Shown: positions 15,214-26,128 of the stretch, one piece after another
Layout of the letters: every line of letters begins with the position of its first letter
How positions within the stretch are numbered: position 1 is the first letter of the stretch
Virus record (IMG/VR): IMGVR_UViG_3300022218_000003
Span: 1-44,852 of that record
Source of the DNA: a virus
Lineage: Duplodnaviria > Caudoviricetes
Reading direction: 5' to 3' (one strand)
DNA: 44,852 nucleotides
Notes under the pieces: generated by a model
Databases searched by the model: none
What the model was told of the DNA's origin: nothing
Seen by the model: the letters and a program-made list of their open reading frames with translations, nothing else
Program-made: the position numbers and the translations under genes

Positions 15214-17460
15214 TTAATCCGTGATGACCTGCTCACCAAGATCAATGACGCCTTGCAGCTTCACATCCTTGATGTAGGTCGCGGTGATGACAGGCTCAGT
15301 CGTGTTGCGCTCAGCGGCTCGAAGTTCGATGGTGATGTAGTCCGAGGTCTCTGTCGTCGTGATGACATACGACTGGGTGATGTAGCCGGAGGTCGCGACG
15401 GTGTTCGTATCCTTCACGACGCCGTCCAGCTTGATCCTGACTTGACCAGACTGAACGACACCACCACTGGTGGAACCGATCCGGGTCTGGTAAACCACCC
15501 GTAGCGTACCGGGCTTGTTGATCTTGAACTTCTTCTTCTCAGTGAACACAAGCGTATTGTGCGAGCGCTCAGTCAGAGCCTCCAGAATGGAGTCGGTCGT
15601 GTTCCAAGTGTAGCTGCCGAGCGAGAGGTTGCCTCGCACCTTCAGCTCCGTGCCGTCCCACGTGATGAAGTCCGTCTGGTCACCCAGAGAGAACCTGTAG
15701 GCTCCACCCGAGTACCCGAGGAAGAACCCCGTGCCGGAGTGATACGTCGTCTGTCCACCCTTGATGTAGCCGGAGGTGTTCAGCGTGATCGTGCCTGCCG
15801 TGATGTTACCCATGTCGGCGTTCACCGCCGCGAGGTTCGTCACGTTGATCTTGTCAGCAGTCACAGCGTTGGCGCTGATCTTCACCGCAGTCACCGCGTT
15901 GGCATTGAGCTGCGTTGTGGTGATCGCGTTGGGTCCGATCTGCGTCGAGCCGATGGTGCCGTTGACGAGAGCCGAGCCGTTGATCGTGCCGGTGACCATG
16001 AGGTTGCCGTCGATCTTCACGTCGCTTCGCATGTTGATCTTGCCGCCGCTGATCTCGAACGGGACATACTCTGTCTCGCCCGGGTCACCCGAAGGATCGA
16101 CCACAGCGAACTTGTTGGCAAGGATCACGAAGCTGCCGGAGGTGCCGTTGTTGTTCTGCACGAACCCGGTGACGTAGCCGTTGACGTTCAGGCTCACGCC
16201 GTACTTCGCCTCAAGCGTACCGACATCCGTTTGCAGGCCGTCCACGTCCGTCTCGATCCCCGGGAGGGAGACCGTCTGGATGGTGGTGATGCTGGCTGAG
16301 TTGGCACTGTCGGCTGCCTCAAGCGCGGTGATCTTCTGAGCGAAGGTCTGTCCAGCGTCCGAGTCAATCTTCACCGTGTTGGAGTCGAGGATGAACGCCG
16401 TCTGTGCTCCGTTCTCTGCACCGATCAGGGCAATCGTACTGGCGATAGCGCCGTCCGCACTGGCCCTCGCAGATGCCTCGTCGGTGATCTGCGTGCTGAG
16501 CGTGGAGTCTGCCCCCTGCCAGTCGGCGGTGATCTGCGAGAATCTCTGCGAGAGACTTTCGGTTGCACCCACCTGAACCTTGTCGAGGTCAAGGATGAAG
16601 GCGCTGCCGTCAGCGTTGGTCGCGCCCAGAATGTTCAGGCGTTGCGACAGTGCGGTCGTCTCGGTTGCCCGGACGTACATCTCATCCAGCAGGGCAGCGT
16701 TGGTGTTATCCGTCTGCACTTGCAGGTAGTCGATGTCAGCCGCAGCCACACCGATGCGCGGGTCACTGATAGGTACCCACGCGGAGGACTGGTAGATGTA
16801 CGGGGCGTTGCTGTCGTCAGTGTCGTACCAGCGTGCACCTTCAGGGATCGGGTTAGGCACGCCGCCGACACCCGGGACCGGCTCGTCAGGCTGCACGAAT
16901 ACAGCAGCAGCCACACCCTCAGCGAGAGTGTTGACCTGAGCTTGCAGTCCTTCACCGAGCGTGATGATAGCCTCAGCGTTGGCGTCGATGTCACTGATGC
17001 GCGCTTGCAGGTTTGACGCTGCCGCGCTTCCGACCATGTCCGCGACGAGGTCGAGGATGATCTGGTCTGGTTCTGTCTCCTCGATGCCTTGCGCTGTGGC
17101 GAAGCGGACGAGGGTCTGTTGGATCAGGTCGTTGAAACTGTCAGCGTACTCCTGACCCAGATAGAAGTTGTGGAGGTAGGCGGTGTCGAGATCGCTCTCG
17201 CGCAGGACGCTACCGTCCACGAAGTCCACCAACGTACTCGTCGGTGATGTGTTGCGCTTGATCTCAATGGCGTCATCGAGACCGGGAGCGGACGAGAACT
17301 GTATCGTCGCACTCCCGGTCCACGAGAAGTTCATTGGTACAAGCTGGAGAACGTCGTTCACGAACACCGAGACGTGCGAACGGCTGATAAAGGGAAACGG
17401 CACGTTGTAGGTATCCGTTACCCCGTCACCCGTGTACAGCACTTTCGATGAGTATGACAT
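15214..17460 (-). CDS. Tail fibre: T7 gp17-like N-terminal anchor plus lambda-J-like (DUF1983-like) segment
   Basis: YTGDGVTDTYNVPFPFI...VDFVDGSVLRESDLD; later AKYGVSLNVNGYVTG...ANKFAV...PF. Confidence 0.85.
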   Translation of the reverse strand: MSYSSKVLYTGDGVTDTYNVPFPFISRSHVSVFVNDVLQLVPMNFSWTGSATIQFSSAPGLDDAIEIKRNTSPTSTLVDFVDGSVLRESDLDTAYLHNFYLGQEYADSFNDLIQQTLVRFATAQGIEETEPDQIILDLVADMVGSAAASNLQARISDIDANAEAIITLGEGLQAQVNTLAEGVAAAVFVQPDEPVPGVGGVPNPIPEGARWYDTDDSNAPYIYQSSAWVPISDPRIGVAAADIDYLQVQTDNTNAALLDEMYVRATETTALSQRLNILGATNADGSAFILDLDKVQVGATESLSQRFSQITADWQGADSTLSTQITDEASARASADGAIASTIALIGAENGAQTAFILDSNTVKIDSDAGQTFAQKITALEAADSANSASITTIQTVSLPGIETDVDGLQTDVGTLEAKYGVSLNVNGYVTGFVQNNNGTSGSFVILANKFAVVDPSGDPGETEYVPFEISGGKINMRSDVKIDGNLMVTGTINGSALVNGTIGSTQIGPNAITTTQLNANAVTAVKISANAVTADKINVTNLAAVNADMGNITAGTITLNTSGYIKGGQTTYHSGTGFFLGYSGGAYRFSLGDQTDFITWDGTELKVRGNLSLGSYTWNTTDSILEALTERSHNTLVFTEKKKFKINKPGTLRVVYQTRIGSTSGGVVQSGQVRIKLDGVVKDTNTVATSGYITQSYVITTTETSDYITIELRAAERNTTEPVITATYIKDVKLQGVIDLGEQVITD

Positions 17461-17463
17461 TGG

Positions 17464-20400
17464 TTACTCCTGTTTGCGGGACTCTGGGAACTGTTCCTCC
17501 AGAGCGTGTACTACGTTCTTGATGCCGAGCAGTCGATAGCCCGGAGCGAGTTGAGCCAGCGACCTGAAGTCACTCTGGCTGTACTGGATGTCGTCGTGAG
17601 CCGCAGCCCGGACGCCACCGAGCACACCCTTGTTGAAGTTACTCAGGGCTGTCATGGTGGGGTTACCCGTTGTGGGTATGAGCGTACCCAGACCCGACGA
17701 GCGGCCCATAGCGAACCACGGGTCGAACCCCGCAGCTTGGATGCCCGTGTCCCACAGACCCGGCAGCATGGAGCTGAACCCAGTCCGCATGAACGTCACC
17801 TTCGCGAGGTTCTTCGGCTCCAGTCGCTTCGCCCGCTCCTCCGGGTCGTTGGCAAACTCGATGTTCGTCTGCGCCATGTACACGAGCGAGGCAATGCCAA
17901 GACTCGCGGCGTACGCAGTAGCGGTCTCCGAGTCCATGTGGTGCATCTGACGGAGTAGCTGCTTGTTGACAGCGTCCATCGGGAAGCGCATGAACTGGAA
18001 CATGAGTCTGCCCACCGGATGATGGAACAGGAGAGTTGATGTGGAGATGTCGGTCATCTGAATAGCGTTGCGAACCTCACGGCTGGCAGCTTGCGAGAAC
18101 ACCTCAAGTGCCTCCTGATCCACCCAACGATCCGGGTCGATGTCAGTCAGCCTGCCCTTGCGCCACGTACCTGCCTGCCGGAACATCTCGAAGATGCGTT
18201 CCTGCATGTCGGCGTTGATACCGTTAGCGCGCAGTCGGCGTACCTGCGAGTCACTGATGCGTCCGTTCTTGGCGAACCTTCCGAGCTTCTCGATCCACGT
18301 GATAGCCGAGAGACGCTGAGTAGCGTCGGTGATCGGCCCGAGACCTGATGCGATAGACGTGAACCTGCCGCCCGACTTGATGAACGGGTCGAGCTTTGCG
18401 GTCAGCTTGGAGATGACGCTGGTGCCCGCGAAGTCCTCAGCGAGTTCGTCGAGGTTGCGGACTGCGTGTTTCGTGAGAGTCTGGATACCCGGCGCGAACG
18501 CCAGCTCAGCGAACCGAGCGACGCTGTGCTCAAGGTCTCCGTCCTGTGCCCGCTTGAGCACCTTCGGGAGGTCCGTGAACATACGGAAGACCGAGCGGAG
18601 TCCACCCTGTCCGACGATGTTGCCTGCCTCAGCCAGCGCGTTGACACCGAACTGACCACCACGGGTCATGTAGTTGTAACCAGACACCGTGCGTGACAGC
18701 TTGGCACCGTCACCAGTGGGGTTGAACCGTTCGATGGGCTGACCCAGTAGCAGGTTGTACCCGTCTTCCAGAGCTTGTATTTCCTTCTTCACGTCGCCGC
18801 CAGCTTCTTCGATCTCGCTTGCGATCTGCTTCTTGAACTCCTCGAACTCCATACGCGACCGCACGCCGAGCTTCTCAGCAATGGCGATGTGCCCGTGCAT
18901 GGCGCGCCCGTAGCGGGCGAGTACCATCCGAGCGTCGTTCTCGTACAGGTCGGTGAAGCGAAGCCGTGCGCTGCCGCCCATGCCGTCGTCCAGCAGGTCA
19001 GCGTGCGTCTCGTCGAACTGGATGCGCTTCTTGCCGAAGCTCACGGTTCCACGGTCGGCCATTTCTTTGGCCTTGATGTATTCGATCTCAGAGATGATCT
19101 CGTCGATCCCATCGTACCCGTCGAACATCTCGCGCAGCTTGTCCACGTCGTCCAGCCGGATACCGTGGAGCAGGTCGGTCTCGATCCCTGCGGCCTTCAT
19201 GCGCATGGTGCGCACGTAAGCCTTCGCGATCTTCTCGGCCAGCTCTGAGGTCATGCCTTCGTTGGCACCCTTCAGGATAGCGTCGGTGTAGAACTGCGTG
19301 AGCACGGAGCTGCCGTACTTGCTGTGCATTTCTTGGAACTTGGACTTGTTCAGCATACGCGGGAAGTAGTCCTCCAGCCCTGCCTTGTCGAAGCCCTTGA
19401 CGCCAGCTCGTTGTGCCAGCGCGTGCACGTTGTCCATGTACCCGCGAATCTTCTGGGCAGCACGAGCCGCTTCAGGCCCGACACCCACGGTAACCCCACG
19501 CATGGCGAGGCCGACTTGTGAGTAGAACTCCTCACCTGTGGAGGTGGTGAAGTTCCGGCGTGCAGAGCCGTGCCCTTTCCGCTTCGCCCATGCCTTGAAG
19601 TCTGACAGGGTTTCGGCGTAGACACCGCGCTCGAATACGTCTTGCAGTTGGTTGGCGCGACCTTCGGCGGTCAGCTCGCGAACCTTGTCCTTGTTCTTCA
19701 GGAAGCCACCCTCGAACAGGGCGCTCGATACCTTACGCATCGAGTCGGACTTCGACCAGAACAGCTTGGACTGGAGGTTGTTGAGCAGCCAGTTCCAACC
19801 CTTGAAGCGGAACTCAGGAGCTTCCATGTCGTCAAGGATTTCTTCGGTCGAGCGTGACAGGGGAGTGTCATCCTCAAGTCTCTGAAGGCGACGGCGAGCC
19901 GCACCAGCAGAATCTTCAGGGATACCCAGTCGTGTCGCAGCCGCGTCGATCTCGCCGTTGGCAAGGTCGTTGGCCGCGCGCATGAGGTCGTCGTTCTCAG
20001 CCTTCGACAGCGAGGCCAGCCCGCCGCCGAGAGTGATACCCGCGAGTGCAGCGAAGGCCACGTCGGTCTCATCGCGGAACGCATTGTTCGACGCGAGGAT
20101 CGCTTCGGTGCCCGCACTGGCAGCGCCAGCAGCAGCCGCGCTCGTGAGGATGCGGCCCATCTTGCCAGCTTTCGCAATGGCACCGACAGTACCGCCCGTG
20201 CCTGCGGCGATAGCCCAGTCCACCGGGTCAAGTACCGCCGCACCCATGCGCAGCAGCAGGGCCGAGCCGCCCCCCTCGATGAGGAGCTGCTCGTTCTCGT
20301 AGTCCTTCTCGATCTGGCCGAGTCGGAAGTCCGCTTCTTCTGCGGAGCTTGAGCTGCCAATGTCCGCAGCCAGCTCCTCGATGTCCACACCCTGAAGGGC

Positions 20401-20706
20401 GTCGATGCGAGGCTTGTTGTCTGCGAGGAACTGCTTGGGGTCGTAGTTGGTGTCGATCAGGAACTCAGGCTCAGTCCGTACGAGTCCACGCACGAACGAG
20501 TTGTCCTGAGTGAAGGCGGCCTTTGTCTCGTCCCACAGCGAGTGGGTCGGTTCAACATCAGCCGCCAGCTTTTCACCCTGAATCTCGGCAGCCGACTTCA
20601 GCGTTGGGTTACGGGGTGCACGGAACTCCATCTCGACAGCATCCGTAGATACTCCGAGGGATTCGCGGGCGTCCATAGCCTGCTCTGTCGTCAGCTTCTT
20701 AGCCAC
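17464..20706 (-). CDS. Internal virion (ejection) protein, gp16-like
   Basis: 1080 aa, synteny before fibre, GRLMFQFMRFP motif. Confidence 0.8.
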   Translation of the reverse strand: MAKKLTTEQAMDARESLGVSTDAVEMEFRAPRNPTLKSAAEIQGEKLAADVEPTHSLWDETKAAFTQDNSFVRGLVRTEPEFLIDTNYDPKQFLADNKPRIDALQGVDIEELAADIGSSSSAEEADFRLGQIEKDYENEQLLIEGGGSALLLRMGAAVLDPVDWAIAAGTGGTVGAIAKAGKMGRILTSAAAAGAASAGTEAILASNNAFRDETDVAFAALAGITLGGGLASLSKAENDDLMRAANDLANGEIDAAATRLGIPEDSAGAARRRLQRLEDDTPLSRSTEEILDDMEAPEFRFKGWNWLLNNLQSKLFWSKSDSMRKVSSALFEGGFLKNKDKVRELTAEGRANQLQDVFERGVYAETLSDFKAWAKRKGHGSARRNFTTSTGEEFYSQVGLAMRGVTVGVGPEAARAAQKIRGYMDNVHALAQRAGVKGFDKAGLEDYFPRMLNKSKFQEMHSKYGSSVLTQFYTDAILKGANEGMTSELAEKIAKAYVRTMRMKAAGIETDLLHGIRLDDVDKLREMFDGYDGIDEIISEIEYIKAKEMADRGTVSFGKKRIQFDETHADLLDDGMGGSARLRFTDLYENDARMVLARYGRAMHGHIAIAEKLGVRSRMEFEEFKKQIASEIEEAGGDVKKEIQALEDGYNLLLGQPIERFNPTGDGAKLSRTVSGYNYMTRGGQFGVNALAEAGNIVGQGGLRSVFRMFTDLPKVLKRAQDGDLEHSVARFAELAFAPGIQTLTKHAVRNLDELAEDFAGTSVISKLTAKLDPFIKSGGRFTSIASGLGPITDATQRLSAITWIEKLGRFAKNGRISDSQVRRLRANGINADMQERIFEMFRQAGTWRKGRLTDIDPDRWVDQEALEVFSQAASREVRNAIQMTDISTSTLLFHHPVGRLMFQFMRFPMDAVNKQLLRQMHHMDSETATAYAASLGIASLVYMAQTNIEFANDPEERAKRLEPKNLAKVTFMRTGFSSMLPGLWDTGIQAAGFDPWFAMGRSSGLGTLIPTTGNPTMTALSNFNKGVLGGVRAAAHDDIQYSQSDFRSLAQLAPGYRLLGIKNVVHALEEQFPESRKQE

Positions 20707-20716
20707 GATTTGCTCC

Positions 20717-22846
20717 TTACTTCATCTCTGCTTGGATGAGGCGTTGTCTTGTTGCGGGGTCCATGTTGCGCCAGCGCTCCCGTTGCGAGTCTCTCACCGC
20801 AGCTTTCATGCCGGGTTCGAGCCACGTGTTGTCGGGGTACATGCGGTTGAACGCACGTTCCTCGGCGTCAGCAACCATCGCGTCATTCGTAGGACGGTTG
20901 CTCACGGTCAGATCGACAAGCTCCTCCTGCTGCCTCTCGGCGTACAGGCGCTCGATCTCACTGATGGGAACTGCTGGTGTACTCATGGGTAGTATCTGAC
21001 CCTTGTCCCGAATCACGACGTAGCCGTGACGGTTGGGATGCCGAATCATTTCCATGTTGTCCGGGTCCGCGTTGAACTCCGGGGCGATGCTGTTCAGATA
21101 CCAGTCGGCTGCCGCCTCACCCTTGACCCAACCTGAGTCGATGGGGTAGTTGACATCCTTGACGCGCACGTTGCGCTTCCGCATACCTTCCTCAACAGCC
21201 GCAGCGATGCGGTCTTCGTCGAAGCCCATGTTGGCGTAGTGGTTCGCGAGTTGCGTTGCACGCCGACGGTCGGCCCCCGTGATCGGATAGTCGCCCCACC
21301 CGGCCTTGTCATTCGCCAGCCGGTCGAGAGCCGAGTCAACGGCTTCCCCGATCTGCTTCTTCATGGTCGGCGCGAGTCGGTGGTCGTACGCTCCGAGTGC
21401 CTCAAGTGCCATGTCGGGGTCCTTCATGTCTGCGAGGTGCAGAGCGTAGGCGTCCAGCATGGCAGCGTTCCGGTCAGGGATGCTGCGTTGCACGAGGGTC
21501 GGATCGTATGCGTCTATCTGGAGCTTCAGGTCGAACGCCTCCTTGAAGCGCTCAGGCGAAGCCGGGGTGACCGTGATGAAGTCCGTGATGAACTTCGGGA
21601 GACGGTCGTGCACGTACGCACGCTCAAGGACAGCGGCCCTGACGGTCTGCTGGATTTCAGCAGGGTCAGCGTTAGGGTCTTGTGCCTGAAGCTGCTCAGT
21701 GAGGCGCTGTGCGTACTCAGAGGCCGCCGAGTCGAACTCGTTGGCCGTCATGCCGTACGCCTTGCCCGCACCATAGAGCTGCGCTGAGTTGGCGGCGATG
21801 CCGTCAGCCTCACGCGATGCGTTGTACTGGTCGAACAGGGTCTTCTGTTGGGGTCTGGTCAGCAGGCGCGGCTCACCGTTGGGACCGTCCACGCCGCCCT
21901 CGAAGATGTCTTGGAGGACCGAACCGTCGCCTTCTTTGGCACGACGAGTCAGCTCCGAGTGAGCTGCTGCACGCTGCCCCTGAAACTGGGCGTTGTACGC
22001 TTCCTCGTAGGCTTCCTTGTCGGCGTCGATGAGTGCCTGTATGCGTGCGCGTGCCGGGTTGATGACCTGCTCCAGCATCTTCGGATCGGAGATGCCGGTG
22101 AGGTCGCCGTTGGGCAGGCGCTCTGGTACGTTGTCGAGAATCGACAGGTCGCGGAGCTGCTCTGCGGCGTCCGTGAGGGACTCCCAGTAGAACAGCTTCT
22201 TCTCCTCAGACGGCAGGTTGGCCGCGAGGTCTGCGAGCATGTCATAGTTGGGTGCGCCGTTGGTCTCCATGTCGTCGATGAAGGCACCATACGAGGCGCT
22301 GCGGTACTCCTCCAGCTCACGCGCAGCGAAGGCGTTTGCGTGGGTTTCGAGGAGCGTAGCGTTCTGCGCGAGGATCGCCGGGGCTATGGTCTGTCCGTAC
22401 ACGGACTCCATGTTGATGCCCGCGAGCTGGTTCTCGAAGTAACCGTCGATCCGCTTCTGCACTTCCTCGTGCGGTAGCTGATCCCAGTCTTCCTCGACCA
22501 TCATCTTCGACAGTTCCTTGCGGAACAGGGCGAGGTCCTGCGTGGCTTCGATCTTCTGCCACGTTTCCTCGTAGCCCTTGTTCTTGTCGAGCGGGTCGCG
22601 CTTGTTGCCGGAGGCTGCGTCGCCCATAGCACGGGCTGTGCCTTCAGCGTTGCGCTCCTCCAGCACATCCTTATAGGTGTCGATGCCGAACCCGAGAGCC
22701 TCCTGAAGGGCGCGAGCCTTGTCCACCGGACCACGGTTACCCTGCGCTGTGAAGAAGCGACGGTTCTGGTCGATGCGCACAGGACTCTGGTTATCCACCA
22801 GTGACGGGTCGCGCCTTACGCTGCGCTCTGTAGTGTCACGCGCCAT
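20717..22846 (-). CDS. Internal virion protein, gp15-like
   Basis: 709 aa, helical; synteny. Confidence 0.7.
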   Translation of the reverse strand: MARDTTERSVRRDPSLVDNQSPVRIDQNRRFFTAQGNRGPVDKARALQEALGFGIDTYKDVLEERNAEGTARAMGDAASGNKRDPLDKNKGYEETWQKIEATQDLALFRKELSKMMVEEDWDQLPHEEVQKRIDGYFENQLAGINMESVYGQTIAPAILAQNATLLETHANAFAARELEEYRSASYGAFIDDMETNGAPNYDMLADLAANLPSEEKKLFYWESLTDAAEQLRDLSILDNVPERLPNGDLTGISDPKMLEQVINPARARIQALIDADKEAYEEAYNAQFQGQRAAAHSELTRRAKEGDGSVLQDIFEGGVDGPNGEPRLLTRPQQKTLFDQYNASREADGIAANSAQLYGAGKAYGMTANEFDSAASEYAQRLTEQLQAQDPNADPAEIQQTVRAAVLERAYVHDRLPKFITDFITVTPASPERFKEAFDLKLQIDAYDPTLVQRSIPDRNAAMLDAYALHLADMKDPDMALEALGAYDHRLAPTMKKQIGEAVDSALDRLANDKAGWGDYPITGADRRRATQLANHYANMGFDEDRIAAAVEEGMRKRNVRVKDVNYPIDSGWVKGEAAADWYLNSIAPEFNADPDNMEMIRHPNRHGYVVIRDKGQILPMSTPAVPISEIERLYAERQQEELVDLTVSNRPTNDAMVADAEERAFNRMYPDNTWLEPGMKAAVRDSQRERWRNMDPATRQRLIQAEMK

Positions 22847-22855
22847 GATAGCTCC

Positions 22856-23416
22856 TTATGCGAGTCCAGCCGTGCTGGTACCCATGTTGATTGAGTCGGC
22901 TATTGCCGTTCCTTCGCTTACCGAGTCGGCCACTACGCGGCCACTGTCGGCTGCGCTCTGAAGTCCCTCGATGCCGAGACCCGTGCGGTACCCATTGATA
23001 CCTGCGGTCGCGATCTGAAGGCCAGCTTCGAGAGCCGACGGGTCGCGTATCTGCGACAGGGCAACAGCGGCGCGATCATTCACGCCACGCTGCGCGAACG
23101 CTGCGTTCTTCGAGATGAGCGCTGCGTCCATGTTGGTGTCACTGAGGGACTGGTTGAGCATAGCCGCGAAGCTCGCTCCGAGTGCGCCGGACTCACCGGC
23201 TGCCACGCGGGACCGGGCACGCCGCTCACGCTGCGCACGTATGCGCTGTCCGAGTTCTTCCTCCGACTTCTCGTACGCTTCCTCACGCTCGTTCGCAGCC
23301 TGTGATTCGATCTGCTTGCGTTGAGCTTTAGCGGACTGCTGCTGTGCATACACGCTGACAGCAGCCGACGCAATGGAGATGTATGCCATTGTCGTTGCGG
23401 AGATAGGCTCGCACAT
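22856..23416 (-). CDS. Internal virion protein, gp14-like
   Basis: MCEP start, Ala-rich, VAAGESGALG motif. Confidence 0.8.
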   Translation of the reverse strand: MCEPISATTMAYISIASAAVSVYAQQQSAKAQRKQIESQAANEREEAYEKSEEELGQRIRAQRERRARSRVAAGESGALGASFAAMLNQSLSDTNMDAALISKNAAFAQRGVNDRAAVALSQIRDPSALEAGLQIATAGINGYRTGLGIEGLQSAADSGRVVADSVSEGTAIADSINMGTSTAGLA

Positions 23417-23418
23417 TG

Positions 23419-23910
23419 TTAGCTCCTTTTGGATACCATTTGGATGAACGGGGTTCGTGCATACCCGTACTCAGCCACGTGCGCGGCAGCCCTGAAGTCA
23501 AGGCGGCGCAGCCATGCGAGTGTCGGGATGTTGTCCGCATCCACAAAATTAGTGAGGTACTCGTACCGTTCGTGCATGACTGCGAGATACTTGACGCAGT
23601 TGCGCATGAAGTCGAGCTTGTTGCGGTAGATGCCCGGCGTAGCCAGCAGCCAGATACCACCAATCGTTACGTCCTCCCACTCTGGGAGTCCGGGGTTGAT
23701 GTCGTTCACCCCGAACATCGCCACAGGCAGCTTGTTGTAGAGCGCTGCCCAACACATGTCCTCGTCTGACACGTCAACGGAGTCCAACAGGGCGTCGCGG
23801 ATGTTCTGCCCGGACGCCCTGTAGACTTCTAACTTGTCAGTATCTCGAACGTGATTCGCCATTTGATTCGCGTACACGCGACCAGCAGGCACAATCTCGA
23901 ACCTCTCCAT
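23419..23910 (-). CDS. gp13-like (GNAT-fold) virion assembly protein
   Basis: LTNFVDADN...WLRRLDF pattern; synteny after gp12. Confidence 0.8.
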   Translation of the reverse strand: MERFEIVPAGRVYANQMANHVRDTDKLEVYRASGQNIRDALLDSVDVSDEDMCWAALYNKLPVAMFGVNDINPGLPEWEDVTIGGIWLLATPGIYRNKLDFMRNCVKYLAVMHERYEYLTNFVDADNIPTLAWLRRLDFRAAAHVAEYGYARTPFIQMVSKRS

Positions 23911-26126
23911 TAGATACTCCTTGTGCGTTTCGTGAACTTGCCCTCCCACTCAGCCGATGTGAACTTGCTTTGTAGGTGGGAAGCGTTGCGTAGTGTGACC
24001 ACGCAGTCTTGCGAATTAGCGTCGATGTAGACCGTGTACCGGCCAGTATCGAACGCCGCTTCACCCGTGATGAGGGATGCCTCTCCGAGCGTGCGCCCGG
24101 TGAAAGCGTCCAGCGAGGCAGGTACGACTTCCTCCACGTTGGACGTGAAGTCGGTGCCGTAGGGCCAAACCTCTACCTCGAAGAACCCTGCGTCCTTGTA
24201 GTTCACGGTGAGGGTGCGGAGGTTGAGTCGCCCGGTGGTGTCTGCCTGCTGGTTCCCGTCGTAGACGAACTGCTCACTCAGGGTGTACTCTGCGGTGTAC
24301 GCGAGGCCAGCTACGGGAGCTTTGGCCGTCACGTCACCGGGCACACTGATCTGATTGTAGCCCGCGACCACCTCGAAGGTGTACTGAGCGGGATCGAGCA
24401 GCCTGCCCACGTCGCCTGACCCGGAGGTCAGCACGACACGGAACGGTGTGGTGCACTGTTGGGTGTTGTAAGGTACGGTGATCGTGGTCTCGTCGAGGCC
24501 CGCCGAGTACACCATGTCACCCGGCTGAACCTCATACCGGCGATCCAGCATGATGTCGTAGCCGAGCGAGAGTGTCGTCGAGTTTACGTCGAGGTCGATC
24601 TTCTCAAGGTACGTGGCGTCCGTCCGCTTGATAAGCAGGAACACCTCATCCTCGATCACGTCAACCGACAGGATGATGTCGTCGGCGTTGAACTCCCAGT
24701 ACGACCATGCGCTCTGAACCTTCTCGTCGCCTGACCAGAAGACCTTGTAGGTGTACACACGGTTCTTCTCGCCGGTCTTCGACGAGCAGATGAACAGGCA
24801 GTCCTCAACATCCGAAGCGGACATCGAGCGTACCTGCGAGGGTACATACCGGGGAACGTGGGCCGTTACGTCAGCCGCGTCGAGCGCGAGTGACTGGTCG
24901 TTGACGAAGTACTCACGGATTCGCGAGTATGCTCCGGCCTTTGAGACGAAGTAGACTTCCGAGCCAACACGTACTGGCGCGACGGTGTCATCCATCTCGA
25001 AGCCAGTAGCCTCGTCAATGGACACTGAGGTTGGTGTGAGGACATCTCGTACACTCAAGCTGAACTGCGTCTGATCGCTGAACAGCATCATGGTCTTGTT
25101 GAAGGGAACGGCGAACTTGAGGATGCTCACCTTGTTGGTGGTAAGCGCCACGTCCACGAGGTCGCTGTCGAGCAACGTCGTCATCGTGTTACGCCAGAAG
25201 TTACCGTAGTCGCCCGCTGTGCTGAGCACGACGTTCTCGTCCGTGATGAACCCGAGTCGGTTCTTCCAGTAGAAGACGCCGTTCAGGGTACGACCAATGA
25301 AGGTGGGAGGTGGGTTCGACTTGGCATCACCGAACTGGCGCGCCGTCCACGCGAACTGCGTGAAGGTGAACGTGCCGTCGGTCTCGCGTACCAGCGCGTG
25401 AGGCAGGGTAGCCTCGTCCATCGCGGTGTTCGCGCCGACGCCGTAGGTCTCCACCCATACGCCACCCGAGTAGCGCACGTAGTAGCCGCCGAAGTTGTTC
25501 TCGTCGTAGCCCACGACCTTGTACAGGTCACCGGGCGAAGGCGGCGAGGCGTCTTCGGGATGCGGCAGGTCACTGAAAGTGTTGACCGTGCCGGTGAGCG
25601 TGCCTGCCCCGGTGGGGTTGTAGTAACGCACGGGGTCCTGATAGCCCCACTGATCGGGGTAGTACCAGTTGGCGTAGCCGGTCGGCGTTGTGGTCGGTGC
25701 TGTCTTCGTGGCAGCGACAACCGTGTTGTTCACGACGAACGAGTAGTCCGCAATCGAGTCGATGCGGAAGGTCTGCTCTGCCGTCTGCGAGCCGACGACC
25801 GTGAGGTACGTCTTGCCGTTGGGGAAGTTGACCGTCTTCTCTGCACCAGTGTTCGCGTCGAACACCTTCAGGTCACCATCAGTGACCACGACGATGTAAC
25901 GCTCGCTGGTGTCGCGGTTGATCGTGTGCACGTGTGCATCTGACCAGTCCGCAGTAGTGACCTGTGCGAGGTGCTGCGCGGGTGGGCGCTTGCGTAGCCC
26001 ATCCTGCACAGCTCCGTACATGTTGACCTGAGCCTCAGCCTGCGACGGTGCACGGAGCGTGGGGTTCTGTTGGGATACCCCGTTGTAGAGCGCCGGGATA
26101 TGCCGCGAGACGAGTGCGTCAGCCAT
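23910..26126 (-). CDS. Tail tubular protein B / nozzle (gp12-like)
   Basis: IPALYNGVSQQ, FGDAKSNPPPTF, WKNRLGF, QSAWSYW. Confidence 0.93.
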   Translation of the reverse strand: MADALVSRHIPALYNGVSQQNPTLRAPSQAEAQVNMYGAVQDGLRKRPPAQHLAQVTTADWSDAHVHTINRDTSERYIVVVTDGDLKVFDANTGAEKTVNFPNGKTYLTVVGSQTAEQTFRIDSIADYSFVVNNTVVAATKTAPTTTPTGYANWYYPDQWGYQDPVRYYNPTGAGTLTGTVNTFSDLPHPEDASPPSPGDLYKVVGYDENNFGGYYVRYSGGVWVETYGVGANTAMDEATLPHALVRETDGTFTFTQFAWTARQFGDAKSNPPPTFIGRTLNGVFYWKNRLGFITDENVVLSTAGDYGNFWRNTMTTLLDSDLVDVALTTNKVSILKFAVPFNKTMMLFSDQTQFSLSVRDVLTPTSVSIDEATGFEMDDTVAPVRVGSEVYFVSKAGAYSRIREYFVNDQSLALDAADVTAHVPRYVPSQVRSMSASDVEDCLFICSSKTGEKNRVYTYKVFWSGDEKVQSAWSYWEFNADDIILSVDVIEDEVFLLIKRTDATYLEKIDLDVNSTTLSLGYDIMLDRRYEVQPGDMVYSAGLDETTITVPYNTQQCTTPFRVVLTSGSGDVGRLLDPAQYTFEVVAGYNQISVPGDVTAKAPVAGLAYTAEYTLSEQFVYDGNQQADTTGRLNLRTLTVNYKDAGFFEVEVWPYGTDFTSNVEEVVPASLDAFTGRTLGEASLITGEAAFDTGRYTVYIDANSQDCVVTLRNASHLQSKFTSAEWEGKFTKRTRSI

Positions 26127-26128
26127 GA

